This document shows, piece after piece, positions 1 to 13,647 of a DNA stretch of 64,000 nt (position 1 is the first letter of the stretch; each line of letters opens with the position of its first letter). The DNA lies in assembly GCF_019746015.1 (NCBI RefSeq), contig NZ_JAIESM010000069.1, forward strand, positions 22,208 through 86,207. The letters are read 5' to 3'. The notes under the pieces were generated by a model that had not been told where the DNA came from, did not search any database, and worked only from the letters and a program-made list of their open reading frames with translations. A program made the position numbers and the translations under genes. Source of the DNA: Sphingomonas sp. Lineage in GTDB: Bacteria > Pseudomonadota > Alphaproteobacteria > Sphingomonadales > Sphingomonadaceae.

Positions 1-486
1 CGCTTCGAATGGCAGTTCGGCGTGTCGACCGTGGTCGCCATCGTCCACGACGTGCTGATGACGCTGGGCTTTTTCGCGATCAGCCAGTGGGAGTTCGACC
101 TGAACATCGTGGCCGCCGTGCTGACCATCATCGGCTATTCGATCAACGACAAGATCGTGATCGACGACCGCATCCGCGAAAACATGCGCCGCTATCGCAA
201 GATGGAAATGCGCGAGATCATCGATCTGTCGGTCAACGAAACGCTGCCGCGCACGGTGATGACCTCGCTCACCATCCTGATTGCGCTCGCTGCCCTGCTG
301 ATCTGGGGCGGGCATGTGCTGCGCGGCTTTACCGCGGCGATGATCCTAGGCGTCATCGTCGGCACCTATTCGTCAATCTATGTGTCGTCGTCGCTGCTCA
401 TCACACTCGGGCTGCGGCCGGACCCGGACAAGCCCGACAAGCCAAGCGCGATTGCAGGCGCCGAACGGGTGGGCCCGCGCGCGTGA
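1..486 (+). CDS. secF: Protein translocase subunit SecF, C-terminal part (5' end outside window)
   Basis: SecF TM motifs: IVHDVL, IIGYSINDKIVIDDRIREN, SVNETLPRTVMTS, GVIVGTYSSIYV. Confidence 0.95.
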   Translation, partial: RFEWQFGVSTVVAIVHDVLMTLGFFAISQWEFDLNIVAAVLTIIGYSINDKIVIDDRIRENMRRYRKMEMREIIDLSVNETLPRTVMTSLTILIALAALLIWGGHVLRGFTAAMILGVIVGTYSSIYVSSSLLITLGLRPDPDKPDKPSAIAGAERVGPRA

Positions 487-854
487 AGCTGGCGCGGGCG
501 GGCGCCGGCGCCGGGCCGCTGATCCAGGGGTTTGCGCGCGGTGGCTTTCGCATCGACGACCGGATTTTCACCAGCCTGCTGATCTCCCCCGAACGCGTGG
601 ATGGCTGGGCACCGCCGCCCGTCGACCAGCTGGACGAGGCGGCGCTCGGCTGGCTGCTGACGCTCGATCCGGCGCCCGAATTCGTGCTGCTGGGCACGGG
701 CGCCGCGCTCCACCACCCGCCGCGCGCGCTGGTAGCGGCGCTGGAGGCGCGCGGGATCGGCCTGGAAGCGATGGACAGCCGCGCCGCCGCCCGCGCCTGG
801 GGTGTGCTGCGCCAGGAAGGGCGCTGGATCGCCGGGGCGTTCTATCCGCTTTAG
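483..854 (+). CDS. Mth938-like (DUF498) domain protein
   Basis: GTG start overlaps secF TGA (GTGA); motifs PEFVLLGTG and GIGLEAMDSRAAARAWGVLRQEGR. Confidence 0.85.
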   Translation: MKLARAGAGAGPLIQGFARGGFRIDDRIFTSLLISPERVDGWAPPPVDQLDEAALGWLLTLDPAPEFVLLGTGAALHHPPRALVAALEARGIGLEAMDSRAAARAWGVLRQEGRWIAGAFYPL

Positions 855-918
855 GGTTTGTTCTGGCGGTGCCGGCCCGCTCCCCCACCCCAACCCCTCC
901 CCTGAAGGGGAGGGGCTT
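852..918. repeat. Chimeric palindromic repeat: family A left arm fused to a family B hairpin
   Basis: TAGGGTTTG..GGCGGTGCCGGCCCGCTCCCCCACCC runs into CAACCCCTCCCCTGAAGGGGAGGGGCTT, which recurs at ~52062-52097. Confidence 0.8.
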
Positions 919-1014
919 GGTTGAGCGCCGCCGCAATACCCTTCTAACCGCTCGACCGGCGCGCGCGCGTCGCTATGATCGCGCCCCAGGACAATGATCC
1001 AAGGGAGGGGACAC

Positions 1015-2181
1015 ATGCTTCGTTACACGCTCGCGCTCGGCCTGATGGCGGCGAGCCCCGCGCTGGCCCAGACGGCGGCGCCCGCGCCCACCCCGGCGCC
1101 GGCACCCGATTATGCAAGCCCCGCCGCCTGGCTGTGCCTGCCCGGCCGGGCCGATGCGTGCCAGGCGAACCAGGACGCCACCGTCATCGCCGCAGACGGC
1201 ACGCGCAGCGCCGAAGTCTTCAAACCGGCCGCCGATCCGAAATTCGACTGTTTCTATGTCTACCCCACCGTCTCGCTCGACGTGACGCCCAACAGCGACA
1301 TGAATGCGGGGCCGGAGGAACGCGCGGTCGCGGCGTTCCAGGCGGCGCGCTTTGCCAGGCATTGCCGCGTCTTCGCCCCGCTCTATCGCCAGGTGACGAT
1401 CACCGCGCTGCAGGCGATCATGGCCGGCAAGCCCGTTGCCGCCGACCGGGCGCTGGCTTTCGGCGATGTGAAGGCGGCGTGGAACCAGTATCTGAAGGAC
1501 CATAATGGCGGGCGCGGCGTGGTGCTGATCGGGCACAGCCAGGGCTCGTTCATGCTGAAGCAGCTGCTCGCCGAGGAGATTGACGGCAAGCCCGCGCAGG
1601 CGCGGCTGATCTCCGCCATGCTGCTGGGTGCCAATATCGGCGTGCCGCAGGGCAAGGATCGCGGCGGCGATTTCAAAACCATCCCCCTGTGCACCCGGGC
1701 GAAGCAGACCGGCTGTGTCGTCAGCTATGTCACCTTCCGCGACACCGCGCCCCCGCCCGAAAACAGCCGCTTCGGCATCGTGCCCGAGGCGGGGTGGCAG
1801 GCGGCCTGCACCAACCCGGCGGCGCTGGGCGGCGGCAAGGCCGTCATGGATGCCTATCTGGGCGCGAAGGGCGCGGGGCTGCGCAGCGCGCCGCAAGGCC
1901 CGTGGACCAGGGACGGGGCGCCGGTGACGACCAGCTTCGTGCGCGCGCCGGGGCTGATTTCCGCCAAGTGCGTCACCCAGGGGCGGTTCAGCTATCTGGC
2001 GGTGACAGTGAACCCCAATCCCGGCGGCGCACGCACCGACACCATCGTGGGCGACGTGAACGTGCTGGGCAAGATTCTTCCCGACTGGGGCCTGCATCTG
2101 ATCGACATGCCGGTGGCGATGGGCAATCTGGTCGCGCTCAGCAACGAGCAGGCCGAAGCCTGGGCCAAGGCGAAGCGTTAG
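1015..2181 (+). CDS. Secreted DUF3089-family alpha/beta hydrolase
   Basis: GGGAGGGG RBS, signal peptide, DCFYVYPTVS, FAPLYRQ, nucleophile motif GHSQG, WGLHLID. Confidence 0.8.
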   Translation: MLRYTLALGLMAASPALAQTAAPAPTPAPAPDYASPAAWLCLPGRADACQANQDATVIAADGTRSAEVFKPAADPKFDCFYVYPTVSLDVTPNSDMNAGPEERAVAAFQAARFARHCRVFAPLYRQVTITALQAIMAGKPVAADRALAFGDVKAAWNQYLKDHNGGRGVVLIGHSQGSFMLKQLLAEEIDGKPAQARLISAMLLGANIGVPQGKDRGGDFKTIPLCTRAKQTGCVVSYVTFRDTAPPPENSRFGIVPEAGWQAACTNPAALGGGKAVMDAYLGAKGAGLRSAPQGPWTRDGAPVTTSFVRAPGLISAKCVTQGRFSYLAVTVNPNPGGARTDTIVGDVNVLGKILPDWGLHLIDMPVAMGNLVALSNEQAEAWAKAKR

Positions 2182-2211
2182 GGTTTTTATTCAGCTTCGC
2201 TGAAGCGGTTC

Positions 2212-2279
2212 CAGCCCGCTCCCCCACCCCGCCTCCCAACGGCAGTATCATTTGGGAGGCGGGGTGGGGGAGCGGGCTG
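2212..2279 (+). repeat. Family A palindrome (perfect 28-bp arms, loop CGGCAGTATCAT)
   Basis: 2212-2239 is the exact reverse complement of 2252-2279; related copies at 5229, 16755, 33171. Confidence 0.9.
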
Positions 2280-2295
2280 CTGCGGTCTCAATCTT

Positions 2296-3456
2296 TCACC
2301 CCACCAGCGCCGACAGATGCGCGTGGAGCGCGGCGGTGTTCGCCTCCCACGTAAAGCGCTCGGCGCCGCGCTTCACGGCGTCGGGCGCGGGCGGGTCGGC
2401 GAGCAGCGCGGCGATGGCGGCGGCAAAGCCCGGCGCGCTGCGCTCGGCCAGCCGGCCATAAGCGGGGTCGGTCAACACCTCGCGCGCGCCGCCGATATCG
2501 GGAATGACCACCGGCACGCCGCACGCCAGCGCCTCCACCCAGGCATTGGCCAGCCCCTCCGACGCCGACGCCAGCGCCATCACGTCGGCAGCGGGGAGCA
2601 GCGCGCCCAGCTCGGCATGCGGCACCGCGCCCATCAGCCGCACCCGGTCCGCGAGCCCTGCGCGCGCGATCCGCGCCTCGAGCGCTGCCTGATCCGGCCC
2701 GGTGCCGATGATGATCAGCTGCACGCCCGGCAGCGCCGCCACCGCGTCGATCACCAGCGCGTGCCCCTTGCGCTCGACCAGCGCACCGAGCGCAATCACG
2801 AGCGGGCCGCGCAGCCCCAGCCGTTCCCGCGCCGCCTGCCGCCCGACCTGGCCAAAGCGGCCGAAATCGACACCGGTATAATGTACCCTGATCCGCTCCG
2901 CCGGCATGCCGAGCGCGACCATGTCGTCCTTCATTGCCGCCGATACCGCGAGCAGCCCGGCCGCCGATTGCCCGGCCGTGCGCACCTGTGCCCCGGTGGC
3001 GCCCTGGCCCCACAGGTGAATGTCCGCCCCGCGCGCCTTGATCGACACCGGCACGCCGAAATGCCGGCCCAGCGCGATGGCGGCCGGCCCGTCGGGGAAG
3101 AAGAATTCGGCGTCGATCACGTCGAAGGGAAAGTCGCGGCGGATGTCGGCCAGCAGCGGTTTCAGCCGGCGGACAAGCGCACCGGCGAAGAACCGCCCGC
3201 CGGTGCCGGGCAGATTGTCAAAGCGCGGCCGCCACGTCTCCAGCCCGCGCCAGCTTTCCCGCTCGGGCAGCCCGGCCAGCGCGCGGTAGCGGGGGTGGCG
3301 GCTGACCGGCCAGGGCGGCACGCCGACGGGCGCCACCAGTTTCAGCGCGACATCGGGGTGCGCGGCCAGGCCCAAGGTCTGCCGTTCGACGAACACGCCG
3401 AAATTGGGGCGGGTCGCGTCCGGAAACAGGGTCGACAGGGTCAGCACGCGCAGCAT
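2296..3456 (-). CDS. Glycosyltransferase family 4 (GT-B)
   Basis: VLTLSTLFP N-terminus, FDVIDAEFFFPDG, SASEGLANAWVEALACGVPVV (E-x7-E). Confidence 0.9.
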   Translation of the reverse strand: MLRVLTLSTLFPDATRPNFGVFVERQTLGLAAHPDVALKLVAPVGVPPWPVSRHPRYRALAGLPERESWRGLETWRPRFDNLPGTGGRFFAGALVRRLKPLLADIRRDFPFDVIDAEFFFPDGPAAIALGRHFGVPVSIKARGADIHLWGQGATGAQVRTAGQSAAGLLAVSAAMKDDMVALGMPAERIRVHYTGVDFGRFGQVGRQAARERLGLRGPLVIALGALVERKGHALVIDAVAALPGVQLIIIGTGPDQAALEARIARAGLADRVRLMGAVPHAELGALLPAADVMALASASEGLANAWVEALACGVPVVIPDIGGAREVLTDPAYGRLAERSAPGFAAAIAALLADPPAPDAVKRGAERFTWEANTAALHAHLSALVG

Positions 3457-3493
3457 CGGCTGCCCCTATGCCGCCAGGCGGCTTAAAATGCCC

Positions 3494-4315
3494 TCAAAAA
3501 CGGGTGGTCCCCGGATAGGCGACCAGCAGGTCGGCGCCCGCGTCCGCCACGATCTCGCAGGCGCCCGACAGCATCAGGCATTCGCCCGCTGCCCAGGGGG
3601 TGCCGTCGGCATGGCCGCTGCCGGCGAGCGGGATCAGCCAGCCCGGCGTGCCGGCGGGCAGGTTCAGCCGCCGCGCGCCGCCTGTCCAGCGTTCGAGGAC
3701 GAATTTCGGCCCCTGCGCCAGAAGCGCGCGCCCGTCCGCATCAGGCTCGGCCGGCGCGCCGGGCGCCGTGAAAGGAACCGGATCGGCGACCGCGACCCCG
3801 TCTTCGAGGTGAAGCTCGCGCGGACGGCCATAATCGTAAAGACGGTAAGTGAGATCAACATTCTGCTGAACCTCCACCAGCGTGATGCCGGCGCCGATCG
3901 CGTGCACCGTGCCGGCGGGCGAATAGAAGACGTCGCCGGCCTTGACCGGCTTCCAGTCGAGCAGGGCTTCGATCGAGCCATCGCGCGCGGCCATGGCCAG
4001 CTCGTCGCGCGTCATCGGCGCCAGCGTGCCGAGCGCGATGGTTGAATCGGGTTCGGCCGCCAGGATCACCCATGCCTCGTCCTTGCCGCGGGCATGGCCG
4101 CGCGCGCGGGCGGCCTCGTCGTCGGGGTGGACCTGAACCGACAGTTTTTCGCTGGTGAACAGATATTTGACCAGCAGATCGGGGTCGCCTTCACCCTCGA
4201 ACCAGATTTCGCCGATCGGCGGCGCACCGGGCGCGGGATCGTCAAAAGCGGGCCATAGCTGCGTGCGGCCCCATGGCTTTTCGACCCGGCGGGTCGACAA
4301 AGTCTGTGCGGTCAT
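3494..4315 (-). CDS. manA: Class I mannose-6-phosphate isomerase (cupin)
   Basis: VEKPWG, GEIWF, LLVKYLFTSEKLSVQVHPDD, GKDEAW, GTVHAIGAG, EVQQNVDLTYRLYDYGR; start placed at MTAQ. Confidence 0.85.
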   Translation of the reverse strand: MTAQTLSTRRVEKPWGRTQLWPAFDDPAPGAPPIGEIWFEGEGDPDLLVKYLFTSEKLSVQVHPDDEAARARGHARGKDEAWVILAAEPDSTIALGTLAPMTRDELAMAARDGSIEALLDWKPVKAGDVFYSPAGTVHAIGAGITLVEVQQNVDLTYRLYDYGRPRELHLEDGVAVADPVPFTAPGAPAEPDADGRALLAQGPKFVLERWTGGARRLNLPAGTPGWLIPLAGSGHADGTPWAAGECLMLSGACEIVADAGADLLVAYPGTTRF

Positions 4316-4412
4316 GTCTCGATTCGCTCCCCTGTGCGGCGGGTTTAGCGCCGCTTGGCGCGCGCGGCAAAAACCATTGTTCGCGGTGCCCGGCATGGGC
4401 TAGGAAGCGGCC

Positions 4413-5210
4413 ATGCGAAACCTTGCCCGTGCTGCCGCTGCCGTCGCGATCATCGCCCTTGCCCTGCCGCTTGCCGGGTGCAACGGCGGCGGCCGTTCAA
4501 AGGGCGACGTGCCCTATGTCGCGCGCGATGTCGGCTCGCTTTATTCGGTGGCCAAGAAGCTGCTCGACCAGGGCAATTACCTGCCCGCCGCCCAGCTGTT
4601 CGACGAGGTGGAGCGCCAGCACCCCTATTCGATCTGGGCGCGCCGTGCCCAGCTCATGAGCGCGTTCAGCTATTATCTGGACGCCAGCTATCAGAAGGCG
4701 ATCGACTCCGCGCAGCGCTTCCTCGCCGTCCATCCCGGCAACCGTGACGCGCCCTATGCCTATTATCTGATCGCGCTCAGCTATTATGAGCGGATTTCGG
4801 ACGTGACGCGCGACCAGAAGATCACCCAGCAGGCGCTCGATTCGCTCGGCGAGCTGACGCGGCGCTACCCCGCTTCGCGCTATGCGGCGGATGCGCGGCT
4901 GAAGATCGACCTGGTGCGCGACCATCTGGCCGGCAAGGAAATGGAGATCGGCCGCTTCTATGAGCGCCGGGGCGACTGGCTGGCCGCAAACATGCGCTTC
5001 CGCCACGTGGTGGAGAGCTTCCAGTCGACCACCCATGTGCCCGAGGCGCTGATGCGGCTCACCGAAACCTATCTGGCGCTCGGCATCCGCGAGGAAGCGC
5101 TGAAATCGGCCGCCGTGCTCGGCGCCAACTACCCGGGCACGGTGTGGTACAAGCGCGCCTATGAGCTGATGCAGAAGAACCCGGTGGCAAAGGAAGCGCC
5201 TAAGGCCTGA
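4413..5210 (+). CDS. bamD: Outer membrane assembly lipoprotein BamD
   Basis: Lipobox LAGC, HPYSIWARRAQLMSAFSYY, RDHLAGKEMEIGRFY; lies upstream of recN-ligA. Confidence 0.95.
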   Translation: MRNLARAAAAVAIIALALPLAGCNGGGRSKGDVPYVARDVGSLYSVAKKLLDQGNYLPAAQLFDEVERQHPYSIWARRAQLMSAFSYYLDASYQKAIDSAQRFLAVHPGNRDAPYAYYLIALSYYERISDVTRDQKITQQALDSLGELTRRYPASRYAADARLKIDLVRDHLAGKEMEIGRFYERRGDWLAANMRFRHVVESFQSTTHVPEALMRLTETYLALGIREEALKSAAVLGANYPGTVWYKRAYELMQKNPVAKEAPKA

Positions 5211-5228
5211 GGCGCCTTTGAGGCGGTT

Positions 5229-5348
5229 CCAGCCCGCTCCCCCACCCGGCCGCCCAACGACAGTATCCTGATGGGTGGCCGGGTGGGGGAGCGGGCTGGT
5301 GCGGCCACAATCACCACTCCCCGGGTGGGGGAGCGGGCTGGTACCGCC
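5229..5348 (+). repeat. Family A palindrome plus a duplicated right arm
   Basis: Arms 5229-5256 / 5272-5299, loop contains AGTATCCTGA; second right arm CCGGGTGGGGGAGCGGGCTGG at ~5321-5341. Confidence 0.88.
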
Positions 5349-5431
5349 CAAAATCACCAACGGCACCAATTTTCGAACGCGCCTGACCCGGGCTTGGCGC
5401 GGGCGCCTGTCTTGGGGCAAAAGGCACCGCA

Positions 5432-9231
<3,800 letters not shown>

Positions 9232-9381
9232 TGTGTTTTTGCAACGATTTGTAAAGGAATCGGGGCGTCGGTTTGCGGCGCGGCAAATGTCATCGAACCG
9301 AAATATTTCCCCGGCATGGGCGCCTACGACGGCGAAGACGCCGCGCTTTTTTGCAAGCGAACCACCTCAATAGGGGAAATT

Positions 9382-12300
9382 ATGCGCAATCAACTCTTTC
9401 TGGGCGCGGCTGTTGCTGCGCTGATGATTCCGGCCGCTGCCAGCGCCCAGGAAACCACGTCGCAGATCCGCGGCTCCGTCACCGACGAATCGGGCAACCC
9501 CGTTGGCGGCGCCCGCGTCACCATCACGCACACCCCGTCGGGCACCAGGTCGACGGTCACCAGCAACGCCGATGGCCAGTTCCAGGTCTCGGGTGTGCGC
9601 GTGGGCGGTCCGTTCACCGTCGAAGTGATGCAGGCCGGCAAGGACGTCGCGACGATTACCGACATCTACACCGTCATCGGCCAGCCCTATGACGTGCCCG
9701 TGGTGCTGACCTCGTCGCAGGACATTGTCGTCACCGCGTCGAAGGTGCGCAATTCGGGCACCCGCTCGCTCGGGCCGCAGACGCTGCTCACCGCGCGCGA
9801 CATCGCCAAGGTGGCCTCGGTCAACCGCGACGTGCGCGACCTGGCCCGCCGCGACCCGTTTGCGACGCTTGACCTTGCCAACAACCGCGCCGTCTCGTTC
9901 GCCGGTGTCAACCCGCGCTTCAACGCCTTCACCATCAACGGAGTGCGCGTGAACGACCGCTTCGGCCTGAACGCCGACGCCAACCCCACCCGCCGTGGCC
10001 CGGTGCCGCTCGACGCGATCGACCAGTTCACGGTCAGCCTGTCGCCGGTCGACGTCCGCCAGGGCAACTTCACCGGCGGCGCAATCGACGTCGTGCTGCG
10101 TCCGGGCACCAACAAGTTCGAAGGCACCGGCTTCTGGTCGATCAACACCGACGGGCTGAGCGGTGACCGCATCGGCACCACCACCACGATCAACAGCTTC
10201 AACAGCCAGACCTATGGCGGCCGCCTGTCGGGCCCGATCATCAAGGACAAGCTGTTCTTCATGGTCGCTGCCGAGCGCACCACCCAGGGCCTGCCCAACC
10301 CGAACGGCATTGCCGGCGAAGGTTTCGCCAACGCCGCCCAGGGCCTGACCCGCGCGCAGATCACGCAGATCCAGCAGATCGCGCAGCAGGTGTACAACTA
10401 CAACCCGGGCGATCTGGTGCGGAACCAGACCGAAATCGACGAAAAGATCGTCGGCCGTATCGACTGGAACATCACCGACGGCCAGCGCGCCTTCTTCACC
10501 TTCACCAACGCGTATGACTCGCTGATCATTCCGCAGGGCAACTCGGTCAACCCGCAGTCGCCGTCGGTTGGTCTGGCGTCGAACGCCTATGTGCTGACCG
10601 AGCTGCAGCGCTCGGGCCAGCTCCAGCTGAACAGCGACTGGACCGACAATTTCTCGACCGAAGCGCGTATCGGCTATCTGAGCTTCCTGCGCGGGCAGGA
10701 CCCGCTGCAGGGCCGCGGCTTCGGCCAGTTCTCGGTCTGCCTTGACCCGAACGCGACGACCAACGCCGCCGGCACGGCCAACACCAGCAACGCGACCGTC
10801 TGCACGCCGACCTCGCCGCGCATCTTTTTCGGGCCGGACCCGTCGCGCCAGACCAACGCGCTGTTCTCGGATGCGTATAGCGGCTCGCTGCTCGCCCGCC
10901 TGAACCTGGGCCAGCACAGCCTGAAGCTGCTGTTCGAGTTCGAGGAATATCGCGTCCGCAACGCGTTCGTGCAGAACTCGGCCGGTACCTGGTTCTTCGA
11001 CACCATTGCCGATTTCCAGAACCGCAACGCCGCGACCTTCACCTATCAGAACGCGCTGTCGGGCAATCTTGAAGACGCGGTTGCGAACTTCAAGACGCGC
11101 ACCTGGACCTTCGGTATCCAGGACACGTGGAAGGTCACGCCGAACTTCACCATCGACTATGGCATGCGTTATGATCTCTATGACCAGAACGGCGCCATTC
11201 CGCTGAACAACAACCTGCTGGCGCGCTCGGGCATTGCCAACACCGCGACGCTGGCTGGCCGTGGCCTGTTCCAGCCGCGCATCGGTTTCCAGTGGAAGCC
11301 GACGCCGCGCCTGTCGGTACGCGGTACTGCCGGCGTCTATGGCGGCGGCAACCCGGCTGTGTATTTCTCGAACAGCTATTCGGTGACCGGCGTCATCACC
11401 AACACCGTCAACATTCTGCGCAACAACACGCTGGGCGGCGTTCCACCGTTCCAGAACAACGTGCCCGCGAACGTCGGCACGGCGGCGTTGACGGGCGTTG
11501 ATGGCCGCACCATCAACCCGGCGATCCAGCAGTTCCTGGCGACCAACACCGGCGCCATCGCCGGGTCGCCGACCGCGCTGGTCGATCCGCGCTTCGAGGT
11601 GCCCGCCACCTCGCGCGCCACGATCTCGCTCGACTATACGGCCAATCTCGGGCCGCTGGGCGATGGCTGGCACTTCGGCTTTGACTATCTCTATGCAAAG
11701 CCGTTCCAGCAGATCGTGTTCACCGACCTGCGCTCGAACCGCACCGGCCTGCTGACGCCGGACGGCCGCCCGCGCTATAACGTGAATGTCGGCCTGCAGC
11801 CGGCGGGCAGCGTCAACACCGACATTTTGATGACCAACAGCAATGTCGGCCGCAGCCACATCTATGTCATCCGCTTCGACAAGCGCTTCAACTTCGGCCT
11901 GTCGTTCGGCGGCAGCTACACGCTGCAGGACGTGACCGATGCCGGCCCGTCGACCTCGTCGGTGGCGGCTTCGAACTACCAGAACGCCGCCTTCCGCGAT
12001 CCCAACTTCCAGGCGGCGGGCATCTCGAACGACGAGACGACCTGGCAGTTCAAGTATAATATCGGCTTCGATCGGGCGTTCTTCGGTGACTATCGCACGA
12101 TCATCCAGCTGTTCGGCGAAAGCCGCGCGGGACGCCGGTTCAGCTACACGATGCAGGACCCCAGCGCCGGTCGCGGCCCGGTGTTCGGCACCGTCGGCAA
12201 CCTGGCCAACCAGCTGCTCTACGTGCCGCTCGCTGGCAATGATCCGATCGTGTCGTATGACAGCGCCGCCACGCAGACGACGCTTGACGGCATCATCAAC

Positions 12301-12714
12301 GGCTCGGTGCTGCGCAACTTCCGCGGCCAGACCGCGCCGCGCAACATCGGCCGGTCGCGTGCCTTCACCCGCATCGACCTCCACCTGGAGCAGGAAATCC
12401 CGACCTTTGTCGGCAAGTCGCGCATCTCGCTGTTCGCGGACATCGAGAATCTGCCGAACCTGCTCAATTCGGATTGGGGCGGCCTGCGCCAGCAGGGCTT
12501 CCCGTATAATGCGGCGGTGGTGAACGTGTCGTGCCTGAACGTGCCGGTCGCCACCGGCACCGCGGCGACGGCGGCGCAGACCTCGACCATCACCCAGCCT
12601 TGCGCCCAGTATCGTTTCAGCACCGCGCGTGCGCCCAACGATGCCGCGTTCGGCAACCCGGTGCTGGGCACGTCGCTCTACACCATCCGCATCGGCGCGC
12701 GCGTTACCTTCTAA
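9382..12714 (+). CDS. Large Oar-like TonB-dependent receptor with N-terminal carboxypeptidase-regulatory-like domain
   Basis: RBS GGGGAA, signal peptide, QIRGSVTDESGNPVGGARVTITHTPSG, DIVVTA box, GNFTGGAIDVV plug, aromatic C-terminus GARVTF. Confidence 0.9.
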   Translation: MRNQLFLGAAVAALMIPAAASAQETTSQIRGSVTDESGNPVGGARVTITHTPSGTRSTVTSNADGQFQVSGVRVGGPFTVEVMQAGKDVATITDIYTVIGQPYDVPVVLTSSQDIVVTASKVRNSGTRSLGPQTLLTARDIAKVASVNRDVRDLARRDPFATLDLANNRAVSFAGVNPRFNAFTINGVRVNDRFGLNADANPTRRGPVPLDAIDQFTVSLSPVDVRQGNFTGGAIDVVLRPGTNKFEGTGFWSINTDGLSGDRIGTTTTINSFNSQTYGGRLSGPIIKDKLFFMVAAERTTQGLPNPNGIAGEGFANAAQGLTRAQITQIQQIAQQVYNYNPGDLVRNQTEIDEKIVGRIDWNITDGQRAFFTFTNAYDSLIIPQGNSVNPQSPSVGLASNAYVLTELQRSGQLQLNSDWTDNFSTEARIGYLSFLRGQDPLQGRGFGQFSVCLDPNATTNAAGTANTSNATVCTPTSPRIFFGPDPSRQTNALFSDAYSGSLLARLNLGQHSLKLLFEFEEYRVRNAFVQNSAGTWFFDTIADFQNRNAATFTYQNALSGNLEDAVANFKTRTWTFGIQDTWKVTPNFTIDYGMRYDLYDQNGAIPLNNNLLARSGIANTATLAGRGLFQPRIGFQWKPTPRLSVRGTAGVYGGGNPAVYFSNSYSVTGVITNTVNILRNNTLGGVPPFQNNVPANVGTAALTGVDGRTINPAIQQFLATNTGAIAGSPTALVDPRFEVPATSRATISLDYTANLGPLGDGWHFGFDYLYAKPFQQIVFTDLRSNRTGLLTPDGRPRYNVNVGLQPAGSVNTDILMTNSNVGRSHIYVIRFDKRFNFGLSFGGSYTLQDVTDAGPSTSSVAASNYQNAAFRDPNFQAAGISNDETTWQFKYNIGFDRAFFGDYRTIIQLFGESRAGRRFSYTMQDPSAGRGPVFGTVGNLANQLLYVPLAGNDPIVSYDSAATQTTLDGIINGSVLRNFRGQTAPRNIGRSRAFTRIDLHLEQEIPTFVGKSRISLFADIENLPNLLNSDWGGLRQQGFPYNAAVVNVSCLNVPVATGTAATAAQTSTITQPCAQYRFSTARAPNDAAFGNPVLGTSLYTIRIGARVTF

Positions 12715-12740
12715 CCGCGCCACCGATCCAGACGATCAGA

Positions 12741-12779
12741 CCGCCGTCCCCGGCAATGGGGGCGGCGGTTTGTCGTTTT
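12741..12779 (+). terminator. Intrinsic terminator after the TBDR
   Basis: CCGCCGTCCC / GGGGGCGGCGG stem followed by TTTGTCGTTTT. Confidence 0.65.
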
Positions 12780-12804
12780 GGCGGGCTTTGCGACCAAACC
12801 AACC

Positions 12805-12890
12805 CGTCGCCCCGGCCTTGAGCCGGGGCCAGACTGCCTTGCGACTGACGAAGAAGAAGCCCAGCCCCGGCTCGGGGGCCGGGGCGACGG
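12805..12890. repeat. Family E inverted REP pair (CCGTCGCCCCGGCCTTGAGCCGGGG and its inverted copy)
   Basis: 12805-12829 nearly equals the reverse complement of 12865-12890; related single copy at ~47009-47033. Confidence 0.7.
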
Positions 12891-12907
12891 CAGACTCCAG
12901 GATTTCG

Positions 12908-12943
12908 AAAAAAGCGCGCCGCCCCAGGCCCGGGGCGGCGCGC
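12908..12943 (-). terminator. Intrinsic terminator for the HD-domain gene
   Basis: 12-bp stem GCGCGCCGCCCC/GGGGCGGCGCGC followed by T6 on the minus strand. Confidence 0.75.
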
Positions 12944-12977
12944 TACGGGATGGCAGTCTGGTGTCCGGCGCGCCGGC

Positions 12978-13577
12978 TCAGACCTCGCTTGCCGGGCTTG
13001 GATAGATGCTGTGGATCGGCCGGGCCAGCACCCGCTCCACCATCGGCACGAAGAAGTCGAGCGGTGCGCTCTCGTAACCCGGGTCGAACGCCGACTGGTC
13101 ATATTTCTCGCAGAACTCGGCACAGGCCTGGAAGTGCGGATGGCCGCGAAACCCCTCGCGCAGGTCGCGGTCCATGCCCAGATAGTGGAAATAATAATAG
13201 CCTTGGAAGATGCCGTGGTGCTGCGCGATCCAGTGCAGCTCTTCCGACACGAAGGGCTTCAGCATCGCGGCGGCGATTTCGGGGTGGTTATAGCTGCCCA
13301 GCGTGTCGCCAATGTCGTGCAGCAGCGCCATCACCACATAGGCCTCGTCACGGCCGTCGCGGTGGGCGCGGGTGGCGCATTGCAGCGAATGTTCCAGCCG
13401 GTCGACCGGGAAGCCGCCATAATCACCGTCGAGCAGCTTCAGATGGGTCAGCACCCGTTCGGGCAGGCCACGCGCAAAATCGCGGAAATGGGTGGAGATC
13501 AGCGCCCAGTCCTCGGCGGTTCCTTCCGTCATCGCGCGAAAGGCGGCGCGGCCCTCATGCACGTCGATATCGCTCAT
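12978..13577 (-). CDS. HD-domain metalloprotein
   Basis: RLEHSLQCATRA, ALLHDIGD, YNHPEI, QHHGIFQ metal-ligand pattern. Confidence 0.85.
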   Translation of the reverse strand: MSDIDVHEGRAAFRAMTEGTAEDWALISTHFRDFARGLPERVLTHLKLLDGDYGGFPVDRLEHSLQCATRAHRDGRDEAYVVMALLHDIGDTLGSYNHPEIAAAMLKPFVSEELHWIAQHHGIFQGYYYFHYLGMDRDLREGFRGHPHFQACAEFCEKYDQSAFDPGYESAPLDFFVPMVERVLARPIHSIYPSPASEV

Positions 13578-13647
13578 CGTCGCTCTCCTGATGCAGATGG
13601 CACAGCATGGCCTCTTCCGGCGCGCTTGTCAGCCGGTATAAGAGGGC

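Noticed and set aside
9367-12723. 1118-aa minus-strand ORF, and similar long antisense ORFs (5354-7102, 6496-8904, 29735-31066, 43878-45569, 47770-50004, 55895-56917)
   Set aside because: Shadow frames of well-supported genes, caused by high GC and codon bias; Arg/Ala/Gly-rich with no family motifs.
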